In this document: positions 18,191 to 26,777 of the stretch, piece by piece
Numbering within the stretch: the stretch's first letter is position 1
Layout of the letters: each line of letters begins with the position of its first letter
NCBI GenBank assembly: GCA_963727055.1
Contig: CAVSEN010000003.1
Span: 210,112 to 274,111, forward strand
Source: an uncultured Chloroflexia bacterium
GTDB lineage: Bacteria > Chloroflexota > Limnocylindria > Limnocylindrales > CSP1-4
Direction: 5' to 3'
DNA length: 64,000 bases
Translations under genes and position numbers: made by a program
Notes under the pieces: model-generated
The model's input: the letters and a program-made list of their open reading frames with translations, nothing else
Told to the model about the DNA's origin: nothing
Database searches by the model: none

Positions 18191-18410
18191 AATCGGATCG
18201 CCCAACGGGGTCAAGGGGCCGGCGGAGCCGCCGCGGTGCGCACGAATCGGCACGAACCAGGCACGGAGCAGCGCCGAACGTGGTACTCCCGGAGGGGACG
18301 AACGTACGGCTAGTCGATGAACCGGCCCCACCCCTACAGTCCACCCAGCAGCAGGCCGCACTTCACCCGTCGCAACCGGACGGGCCCGGAACGGCCGAAG
18401 ACGCACCGAC

Positions 18411-18623
18411 GTGAGGCAAACTCGACCGATGGCATCAATGGCCGCCACTGACCTGGGACCGATGCTCACTGCGAGCGAAGTTGCCGAGATGCTCCACCTG
18501 CACGTGAACACGGTGAAGCGCCTCGGGGACCGCGGCGAACTCCCTTTCTATCGCGTCTGCAAGCGGGGCGATCGTCGCTTTCGCCTCGATGACGTGATGG
18601 CCTTCCTCGCCCGCAACCGCTAG
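18411..18623 (+). CDS. excisionase-family helix-turn-helix DNA-binding protein (HTH_17-like)
   Basis: LTASEVAEMLHLHVNTVKRLGDRGELPFYRVCKRGDRRFRLDDVMAFL. Lies near a tRNA in a lower-GC stretch. Confidence 0.65.
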   Translation: MRQTRPMASMAATDLGPMLTASEVAEMLHLHVNTVKRLGDRGELPFYRVCKRGDRRFRLDDVMAFLARNR

Positions 18624-18743
18624 CAAGCGGCGGCTACACGCCGCCGAGCTTCAGAACGACGTCTCGAGCGCTCGCTGATCGGCGGGCGCTCGCTGCTGTC
18701 CGCCGCATCCTCGAGGCTGCGCGCCGGACCTTGCCCTGGTCCC

Positions 18744-20072
18744 TCAGGCGGGCAGGGCCGCCAGCGATCGATCGAAGATCCCGAGCGCCTCGCCGACCTC
18801 GGCCGGGCTGACGTCGATCGGCGGGATGAGGCGGATCACGTTGTGGTCCCGGCCGCACAGCAGGACGAGCAGCCCTTCGTCCGCACAGCGCGCAACCATC
18901 GCATCCGCCAGCGCCCCATCTGGCTCGCGGGTCGCCCGATCCTTGACGAACTCGACGCCGATCATCAGCCCCGGCCCGCGCACGTCGCCGATCCGCGGAT
19001 CCTCGGCGGCGATCGCCTTGAGGCCGCCGGTCAGCTCGGCACCTCGCGCGGCCGCATTGGCGACCAGGTTCTCCGAGCGGATCGTGGCCAGGACGGCGAG
19101 CGCCGCGGCGCAGGCCACCGGATTGCCGCCGTAGGTGCTGCCGTGGGCGCCCCGCCCCCAGCGCTCCTGGAGGTCGCGCGAGCTGACGATCGCCGAGAGG
19201 GGCAGGCCGTTGGCGATCGCCTTGGCCACGCAGACCACGTCGGGCAGGATCCCGGCATGCTCGAACGCCCACATCCGGCCGGTTCGCCCGTAGCCGCTCT
19301 GGATCTCGTCGATGATCAGGACGATCCCGTGCTGGGTGCTGAACGTGCGCAGGGCACGCAGGAAGGCCGCCGGCGCCGGGTAGTAGCCGCCCTCGCCCTG
19401 GATCGGCTCGATCAGGATCGACCCGATCTCGTTCGCCGGGATCGTCGTCCGGACGAGCTCGTCCAGGGCCGCCAGGCATGTTGCGGTGGCCCGCTCCTCG
19501 TCGCCTTCGAAATCGCGGTAGGCGGCCGGGAACGGCAGGAGGTGGACGCCGGGCAGGAGCGGCTCGTAGCCGGCCCGGTAGTTGAGGGATGAGCTGGTCA
19601 CCGAGGCGGCGCCCAGCGTCCGGCCGTGGAAGCCGCCCCGGAAGGCGACGATCCCGGGCCGGCCGGTCGTCCGCCGGGCGAGCTTGAGCGCGCCCTCGAT
19701 CGCCTCCGAGCCCGAGTTCAGGAGCATCACCGTGTCGAGCTCGGCCGGGAACGTGGCCGCGAGCTCCGCCGCCAGCCGGACGACCGGCTCCGAGAAGCCG
19801 ATCGCCGAGGTCGGCACGATCAACCGGTCGACCTGCTCGTGAATCGCCCGGGTCACGGCCGGATGGCGGTGGCCGAGGGCCGACACGGCGATCCCGTTGG
19901 CGAAGTCGAGGTAGGCCTTGCCGTCCGTGTCGTACAGCCGATGGCCGATGCCGTGGCTCCAGCTCCGCTCGAAGTAGCGGCCGAGGACCGGGGTCAGGTT
20001 CGGACGGGCGAGGACGGCCAGGTCGAGGCCGGTCGGTTCGATCGTGGCACTGAGCTCCTGGTGGGTATCCAT
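18744..20072 (-). CDS. class-III PLP-dependent aminotransferase (4-aminobutyrate/omega-amino acid type)
   Basis: ATG at 20072 (MDTHQ...). GGFHGRT, DEIQSGYGRTG and AKAIANG motifs. Confidence 0.85.
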   Translation of the reverse strand: MDTHQELSATIEPTGLDLAVLARPNLTPVLGRYFERSWSHGIGHRLYDTDGKAYLDFANGIAVSALGHRHPAVTRAIHEQVDRLIVPTSAIGFSEPVVRLAAELAATFPAELDTVMLLNSGSEAIEGALKLARRTTGRPGIVAFRGGFHGRTLGAASVTSSSLNYRAGYEPLLPGVHLLPFPAAYRDFEGDEERATATCLAALDELVRTTIPANEIGSILIEPIQGEGGYYPAPAAFLRALRTFSTQHGIVLIIDEIQSGYGRTGRMWAFEHAGILPDVVCVAKAIANGLPLSAIVSSRDLQERWGRGAHGSTYGGNPVACAAALAVLATIRSENLVANAAARGAELTGGLKAIAAEDPRIGDVRGPGLMIGVEFVKDRATREPDGALADAMVARCADEGLLVLLCGRDHNVIRLIPPIDVSPAEVGEALGIFDRSLAALPA

Positions 20073-20098
20073 GATCCGAGGATAGCCGCTCGGGCACA

Positions 20099-21358
20099 AT
20101 GGCGAGGTTCCACCTGCCACCTGAGGCCCCGTTCGTGATCGACTTCCAGCTGAGCGACGAGAACCGCCTGGTCCAGGCCAGCGCCCGGGCGTTCGCCGAG
20201 GCCGAGATCCTGCCCCACATCCGGGACTGGGACAGCGGCGGCGAGGCGCATCCCGAGGTCTTTGCCCGGATGGGCGAGCTCGGCTTCCTCGGCGCCCCGG
20301 TGCCCGAGCAGTACGGCGGCCTGGGCATGGACTACATCAGCTTCGCCCTGCTGTGCGAGGAGCTCGAGCGAGCCGATACCGCCTTCCGGGTCGTCCAGAG
20401 CGTCCATGTCGGGCTCAACTCGCTGACCCTGCTCCAGTGGGGGAGCGAGGCCCAGCGCCAGCAGTACCTGGTGCCCCAGGCCCGAGGCGACAAGCTGGCC
20501 ACCTTCTGCCTGACCGAGCCCGGCGTGGGAACAGACGCCGGCGCCCTCCAGACGACGGCCCGCCGGGACGGCTCGATCTATCGCCTGAACGGCCAGAAGA
20601 TCTGGATCAGCCTGGCCGACCTGGCCGATCACTTCCTGGTCTTCGCCACGGTGGACCGGACGAAGAAGCATCGCGGCGTGACCGCGTTCATCGTCGAGCG
20701 CGGCTTCAAGGGCCTGTCGACCGACACCCTCCACGGCAAGCTCGGGATCCGGGCCGGCAACACCGGGATCGTCAACTTCGACGATTGCGAGGTACCGGTC
20801 GAGAACCGGGTCGGCGAAGAGGGCGAGGGCTTCCTGATCGCGATGAGCGCGATCGACCAGGGCCGCTACACGGTCGCCGCGGGGGCCGTCGGCCTGGCCC
20901 AGGCCTGCCTCGACGCGAGCCTCAAGTACGCCCACGAGCGGCAGACCTTCGGCGAGGAGATCGGCCGCCACCAGCTCGTCAAGCAGATGATCGCCAAGAT
21001 GGCGGCCGGGACCGAGATCGGCCGGCTCCTCGTCTGGCGGGCCGGCTGGCTCAAGAACCAGGGCCTGCGCAACACCCGCGAGACGAGCCTCGCCAAATGG
21101 CATGCGACCGAGCATTCGGTCCAGGCCGCCCTCGACGCGATCCAGATCCACGGCGCGAACGGCTACTCGAACGAGTTCCCGGTCGAGCGCTACCTGCGCA
21201 ACTCGAAGGCCGCCGTCATCTACGAAGGCACCAGCCAGCTGCACACGCTGATCCAGGCCGATTACGCCCTCGGCTATCGCGAGGACCGGCCGCTGCGCTG
21301 CGAGCCGTGGCCGGCCCAGGGCTTCGAGCGGCCGAGGGCCGCGGGCGGTCCGGCATGA
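20099..21358 (+). CDS. acyl-CoA dehydrogenase
   Basis: LTEPGVGTDAG, RYTVAAGAVGLAQ and IYEGTSQLH motifs. An alternative GTG start at 20135 is possible. Confidence 0.88.
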   Translation: MARFHLPPEAPFVIDFQLSDENRLVQASARAFAEAEILPHIRDWDSGGEAHPEVFARMGELGFLGAPVPEQYGGLGMDYISFALLCEELERADTAFRVVQSVHVGLNSLTLLQWGSEAQRQQYLVPQARGDKLATFCLTEPGVGTDAGALQTTARRDGSIYRLNGQKIWISLADLADHFLVFATVDRTKKHRGVTAFIVERGFKGLSTDTLHGKLGIRAGNTGIVNFDDCEVPVENRVGEEGEGFLIAMSAIDQGRYTVAAGAVGLAQACLDASLKYAHERQTFGEEIGRHQLVKQMIAKMAAGTEIGRLLVWRAGWLKNQGLRNTRETSLAKWHATEHSVQAALDAIQIHGANGYSNEFPVERYLRNSKAAVIYEGTSQLHTLIQADYALGYREDRPLRCEPWPAQGFERPRAAGGPA

Positions 21359-21368
21359 CGACCGGCGC

Positions 21369-23403
21369 ATGACGATCGCCGCCGGGCTGCCGTCCGCCGC
21401 GCCGGGCGGGACGTGGTCGGCCGAGGAGCTGGCGACGCTCGCCGCGGTTGCCGAGACGTTCGTCCGCGGCGCGGCGACCCGGCGGGCCAACCTCGCCTCG
21501 ACGGCGCTCGACCTGGCGGCCGACCCGGAGCAGGTCGGCCAGCTCCGGCTCGTCCTGCGCCTGCTCGAGCGGCCGATCGTCAACCTCGTCCTGGGCGCCG
21601 GTCCGACCCGCTTCCGCGATCTCTCGCCGGCGGCCCGTGAGCGCTACCTGCTGACCTGGGGGACCTCCCGCTTCGCCCAGCGCCGGAGCGCCTTCCAGGC
21701 CCTGCGCCGGCTGCTCTGCTTCCTGGCCTACGCCGATCCCGGCGAGGGCGGCGTGACCAACCCGCACTGGGCCCGGATGGGCTACCGGCCCGATCGCGCA
21801 CCGCTGACCAGCCACCCGACGCCGATCCAGCCGATCAGCCTGCCGCCAGGCGCGGGCGACGGCGTCGTCCTGGAGGCCGACGTGTGCATCGTCGGCTCGG
21901 GCGCCGGGGCCGGTGTCGTCGCCCGCGAGCTGGCGGCGGCCGGCCGCTCGGTCCTCATCCTCGAAGCCGCCTCGTTCGTGCCCGAGCCGGCGATGCCGTC
22001 CGACGAGCTGGCGGCCTTCGACCGGCTCTACCTCGATCACGGCCTGGCCTCGACCTGGGACGGCGCGATCACGATCCTGGCCGGGGCGAGCGTCGGCGGC
22101 GGCACGACGGTCAACTGGATGACCTGCCTTGGCGCGCCGCCGGACGTTCGCCGGGAATGGGCGCGCGACCACGGCCTGGAGGGCTTCGACGGGGCCGAGG
22201 GTGATGCCGACTACGCCGCGATCCGGGGCGAGCTGGGGGTCACCCAGGCACCGGCCGTGCCGCCCAAGGACGCGGTGCTGATCGCCGGCGCCCGGGTCCT
22301 GGGCATCGAAGCCGCACCGACGGAACGCAACGCCGGCGGCTGCACCAGTTGCGGGTCGTGCCCGTTCGGGTGCCGGGCCGGGACGAAGCGCTCGGGCCTC
22401 CAGGCCCACCTCGCCGACGCCACCCTGCGCGGCGCGCGGCTCGTCGCCGACGCCCGGGTCGAGCGGGTCCTGATCGATGGCGGCCGGGTCGTCGGGGTGG
22501 AGGCGACCCTCGGCGGCTCGAATCCGGACGGGACCCGGGCCGCGACCCGGCCGCTCACCGTTCGCGCCCGGCAGGTCGTGGTCGCCGCCGGCGCCCTGCG
22601 CAGCCCGGCGATCCTGGCCCGGAGCGGGCTCGGTCACCCGGCGATCGGGCGCAACCTGCGCCTCCACCCGGTGCCCCTGGTCGCCGGCCGGTTCGGCGAG
22701 CCGATCGACATGTGGAGCGGGGTGATGCAGGCCGCGCGCTCGACCGAGTACCTGGCGGCCGAGCCCGGCAGGAACGGGTACGTGATCGAATTCGGCGCCC
22801 GGCCATCCCGGGCTGATCGCCCAGGCCTTCTCCTGGGAGGGCGCCGACGTCCACGCCGGCCTGATGGACCGGATCGGCACGTTCGCGCCGCTGATCGCGA
22901 TCACCCGGGACGGCGGCGAGGGCCGGGTCAGCCTGTCCCGGGCGGGCTCGGTCCGGGTCGACTACCGGCTCGACCCGGCCGGCGTGGCCACCCTCCGCCA
23001 CGCCCTCGTCCGGATGGCCCGGATCAGCCGGGCGGCGGGCGCCCGCGAGATCGTGGCGATGGGCACACCCCCGGCGTGGCACGGGCCGCAGGCGTTCGGG
23101 CCTGGTGGCGAGGAGCGCGCCTTCGCGGCGTTCGAGGAGCGCCTCGGCGCGTTCGACTTCCGGCCGAATTGGGGCTCGATCTTCTCGGCCCACCAGATGG
23201 GCACGGTTCGCCTCGGCGGGGATCCGCGCCGGCACCCATGCGACCCGGGCGGCCGGGTCCGGTCGGGCACCTCGAACCAGGTCGTCGGCGGGTTGTACGT
23301 GGCCGATGCGTCGCTCTTCCCGACGGCGATCGGGGCGAACCCGATGCTGACCGTGATGGCCCTAGCCCGGGGTGTCGCCCGGACGGTCATCGCCGAGGCC
23401 TGA
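21369..23403 (+). pseudogene. GMC-family FAD oxidoreductase (long-chain alcohol oxidase-like), reading frame broken near 22790
   Basis: FAD motif DVCIVGSGAGAGVVAREL in ORF 21369... The text is good to ...GYVIE, then continues one frame over as SAPGHPGLIAQAFSWEGADVHAGLMDRIG... through the GMC C-terminal signature GGLYVADASLFPTAIGANPMLTVMALA (ORF 22864..23403). Confidence 0.85.
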
Positions 23404-24459
23404 GCCGGACCGCGGGCCTGCCGGCGTCAGGCCGGGCCGATCTCCGCTGAATTCGAGGGTCTCGACGACCGGATTCGGCGCCGGATCGCTGCCCCGACCC
23501 GGCCGGCCACGGGCCGTCACGATCAGGGCGACTCCGGCGACGATCACCGCGCCGGCCAGGGCCGTCCGCGGCTCGACGGTCTCGCCGAGGAGCAGGCCGG
23601 CCAGGATGAAGGCCACGATCGGGTTGATGTAGGCATAGGTCGCAACCTTGGGCAGCGGCGCGACCCGCAGGAGCCAGACGTACGTCGTGAAGCCAACCAG
23701 GCTGCCGATCGTCGTCAGGTAGGCCAGCCCGACCAGCGAGCGCCCAGTGACCGCGGCCAGGTCGAACGTCGCCAGCTCGCCGGTCAGCACGGCGGCGATC
23801 AACAGCAGGATTCCGCCGCAGACCATCTGGAGGCCCGTCGCGGTGAGCGGCCGATGGGGCAGGACGGCCATGTGGCTCGAATAGAGCGAGCCCGAGCCCC
23901 AGCAGATCGGCGATATCAGGAGCACGGCGATCCCGAACGGGTCGAAGGCCGGCCCGCTGGAGCCCACCGGATCGACGAGGATCGCGACCCCGACGAGGCC
24001 GACGATGATCCCGACCACGACCATCCGGGGCAGTCGCTCGCCGAAGAAGATCCGGCCGAGGACGGCCACCCAGACCGGCAGCAGGGCAATCAGGAATGCC
24101 GCGATTCCGGCCGGCACGGTCCGCTCGCCGAGGGCCACCAGGCCCATCCCGCCGAGCAGCAGCGCGCCGCCGACGATCGCCGAGTCCCGCACCTGGCGGC
24201 GGCTGGGCAGGCCGGGCCGGCCGCCTTCGGTCGGGCCCAGGTCGCGCGGGAGCCGCCGGGTCGCGACGAACTCCCAGGCCAGCAGGGCGGTGCCGGCGAG
24301 GAGGAATCGGACGCCGGCCATCAGGAACGGCGGGATCGATTCGTCGGCCAGCCGGATCCCGATGTAGGTCGAGCCCCACACGAAGTAGATCGCGAGCAGG
24401 CCGAGCCAGATCGCGACCGGTCCGGCCGAGCTCCTGACCCGTCCGTCGGCGCCGGTCAC
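23362..24459 (-). CDS. EamA/DMT-family transporter
   Basis: Ten-TM pattern with YFVWGSTYIGIRLA. GTG at 24459 was chosen; GTG at 24525 is also possible. The full 446-aa ORF would overlap the upstream gene. Confidence 0.7.
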   Translation of the reverse strand: MTGADGRVRSSAGPVAIWLGLLAIYFVWGSTYIGIRLADESIPPFLMAGVRFLLAGTALLAWEFVATRRLPRDLGPTEGGRPGLPSRRQVRDSAIVGGALLLGGMGLVALGERTVPAGIAAFLIALLPVWVAVLGRIFFGERLPRMVVVGIIVGLVGVAILVDPVGSSGPAFDPFGIAVLLISPICWGSGSLYSSHMAVLPHRPLTATGLQMVCGGILLLIAAVLTGELATFDLAAVTGRSLVGLAYLTTIGSLVGFTTYVWLLRVAPLPKVATYAYINPIVAFILAGLLLGETVEPRTALAGAVIVAGVALIVTARGRPGRGSDPAPNPVVETLEFSGDRPGLTPAGPRSGSGLGDDRPGDTPG

Positions 24460-24544
24460 CGTTCTTGGCTGAGCCGATTGGTCCAAGGCGGGATGATACA
24501 ACGACGCCAATCGGCGATGCGCGACCCCGAAATCCGTCGCGGGG

Positions 24545-25354
24545 TCAGGCCGCGACGGCCGGCCGGCACTCGCGGCAGGCCCGGTAGCCGGCGCTGATCC
24601 CGGCGGCGGCCGAGCGGAAGAGGACCCGATGCCGGTCGCTGATTCGCTTGGCGTTGTGGCAGGTCGGCAGGCAGTAGACATGGGTCGTGTCCGAGCCGAC
24701 ATAGCGCACGCCGGCCCGGGCCAGGCCCTCCATCCCGTCCGGATCGAGGCCCTCGGAGGCGAGCAGGGCCCGCTTGTTGGCCGGCCCGCCGAGCGAGTAC
24801 TGGCCGAGCATCCCGTCGCTCCGGACGACCCGGTGGCAGGGCACGATCAGGGGGACCGGGTTGTGTCCGAGCGCCGTGCCCACGGCCCGGACCGCCCTCG
24901 GCCGGCCGATCTCGGCCGCGATCCAGCCATACGGCCGGACCTCGCCCCGGGGGATCTCGAGGGCCTTCATCCAGACGTCGGTCTCGAACGACGAATGGCC
25001 GCGCAGGTCGAGCGGAACCCGGACCCGGCGGTCGCCGGCCAGCCGACGCCGGATCGCGGCGGCGAGTCGGGGCGGGAGCGCCTCGATCCGGTGCGCCGGC
25101 CGGCCCCGGGTGGCGAGGACCCGGGCCTCGAACGCGGCGCCCGACTCGGCCGATTCGACCGTGCTCACGCCGAGCCCATTGAAGGCGACCCAGATCGGTC
25201 CGATGACCGTCTCGATCGGGGCGTAGGCATCGGCCAGGCCGACGGCGACGAGCGTCCGGTCGGCGAGACCCCGCGGGGCTGCGAGTCGCAGGTCGCCGAG
25301 GCCGGCCTCGAGCAGGGCGTCGATCGTGAGGGAGGGCTGGGCTGTCGGGGTCAC
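24545..25354 (-). CDS. methylated-DNA-protein-cysteine methyltransferase (MGMT/Ogt) fused to a C-terminal Ada-type Cys4 zinc domain
   Basis: Active site IVPCHRVV. C-terminal YCLPTCHNAKRI...GYRACRECRP matches the Ada N-terminal Zn-binding domain pattern. Its start overlaps the sigma-factor stop by 4 nt. Confidence 0.8.
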   Translation of the reverse strand: MTPTAQPSLTIDALLEAGLGDLRLAAPRGLADRTLVAVGLADAYAPIETVIGPIWVAFNGLGVSTVESAESGAAFEARVLATRGRPAHRIEALPPRLAAAIRRRLAGDRRVRVPLDLRGHSSFETDVWMKALEIPRGEVRPYGWIAAEIGRPRAVRAVGTALGHNPVPLIVPCHRVVRSDGMLGQYSLGGPANKRALLASEGLDPDGMEGLARAGVRYVGSDTTHVYCLPTCHNAKRISDRHRVLFRSAAAGISAGYRACRECRPAVAA

Positions 25355-25998
25355 GGGACCACCTCCTGGAACAGGCTGCGTGGCGGGGATGCGGGATCGA
25401 TGCTTGTGGTGTCGACTGCGCCGGCCTCGTCGACCAGAACGGCCCGGAGCAGCGCGATCCCGCGGTGGACCTGGGCCTTGACCGTGCCGGACGGCCGGCC
25501 GAGCGCTTCGGCGATCTCCTCGTACGACAGGCCGTCGACGTGGCGCAGGACGAGCGGCGCCCGGTAGCGCTCGGGCAGGGCGAGCAGGCGCGCCGCCCAG
25601 GCCTGGGCGGCCTCGCGCCGTTCGAGCCGGCCGTGGGGCGTCGCCTCGAGGGGGATCCGGGGGTGGGCCAGCTCGTCGACGAGGCTGACCGTCGCCGGCC
25701 GGCTCAACCTGGACCGGGCCCGGTTGCGAGCGAGGTTGACCACGATGCTCGCCAGCCAGGGCCGGACGGCGAGCTCCCGGATCCGGGCCGGCTCCCAGGT
25801 CGCCAGCGCCCGGTAGGCCCGGACGAGCGCGTCCTGGGCGAGGTCCTCGGCATCGGCCGGGCGCCCGGTCAGGCGCATCGCGATGGCGTAGATCCGCGAG
25901 ATCTCGGCCTCGACGAAGGCCGGGAAGGCTGCGTCGAGGTCGGCCGCCAGGGCGGGCCGCAGGTCGGTGATCGCGTCGGCGCGGTTCGTTGCGTCCAT
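25351..25998 (-). CDS. ECF-type RNA polymerase sigma-70 family factor
   Basis: ATG at 25998 (MDATNRA...). Region 2 is EDLAQDALVRAYRAL...WLASIVVNLARN. Region 4 is LSYEEIAEALGRPSGTVKAQVHRG. Confidence 0.85.
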   Translation of the reverse strand: MDATNRADAITDLRPALAADLDAAFPAFVEAEISRIYAIAMRLTGRPADAEDLAQDALVRAYRALATWEPARIRELAVRPWLASIVVNLARNRARSRLSRPATVSLVDELAHPRIPLEATPHGRLERREAAQAWAARLLALPERYRAPLVLRHVDGLSYEEIAEALGRPSGTVKAQVHRGIALLRAVLVDEAGAVDTTSIDPASPPRSLFQEVVP

Positions 25999-26054
25999 CA
26001 CGGGTTCATAACACGGCACCGGGCGCCGTGGTTGCATCGTCCGGCGCGACCCGC

Positions 26055-26777
26055 TCAGGCGGGCGCGCCCGCCAGGTCGAGGCGCGTCAGCCGGCCATCG
26101 CCGTCGATCGCGTCGATCTCGCCGGTCGGCTGGACGAGGAAGATCCAGATGTCCCAGGTCGTGTGGCTCACGATCAGGGCGCCGAGCGGCACGCCGGCGG
26201 CGTACAGGGCACACCAGTGGGCGCCCGCCACGCCGGCCGCGCCCATCAGGGTGAAGTTGCCGGTCACGACGTGCACGCCACCGTAGGCGACGGCTGCCAG
26301 GGCCGCTCCGCGCCAGCGACCGTAGCGGCGCATCAGGGCCGACTGGACCAGGCCCCGCCAGAAGATCTCCTCGGCCGGCCCGACGAGGAGCGCCAGGCGG
26401 GCCGCGATCTCGGGCTTCGGGCGGAGCGTGCGCAGCGTGTAGATGTCGCGGATCTGGGCGTCACCGCCGGGCACGAATCGGCGGGCGAATCGATCGCCGG
26501 CCTGGAACGTCAGGTACAGCACACCGGCCGAGGCCAGGCCGAGGGGCAGGTGCCACCACCGTGGCCGCAGCCGGCGCGAGCGGTTGGACGTGAGCAGCGC
26601 CCAGCTGCCCAGGCCGACGCCGGTCCAGGTCATCCGGCTCCAGAAGCGATCGCGCGGGCCGTTGAACGTGGCGCTGAAGCCGGCCACGGCCCCGGCCAGG
26701 CCCACGACCAGGGGCAGGGTCCCCGGTCCCCGGGCTGGGCTCGTGCCAGGTCGCGTCGTGCGGGCCCGGCTAGCCAT
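26055..26777 (-). CDS. CPBP family (CAAX/Abi-type) intramembrane glutamic protease
   Basis: EEIFWRGLV motif plus downstream His motifs (YGGVHV, SHTTWD). Multiple TM segments. Its start overlaps the upstream stop by 8 nt. Confidence 0.75.
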   Translation of the reverse strand: MASRARTTRPGTSPARGPGTLPLVVGLAGAVAGFSATFNGPRDRFWSRMTWTGVGLGSWALLTSNRSRRLRPRWWHLPLGLASAGVLYLTFQAGDRFARRFVPGGDAQIRDIYTLRTLRPKPEIAARLALLVGPAEEIFWRGLVQSALMRRYGRWRGAALAAVAYGGVHVVTGNFTLMGAAGVAGAHWCALYAAGVPLGALIVSHTTWDIWIFLVQPTGEIDAIDGDGRLTRLDLAGAPA

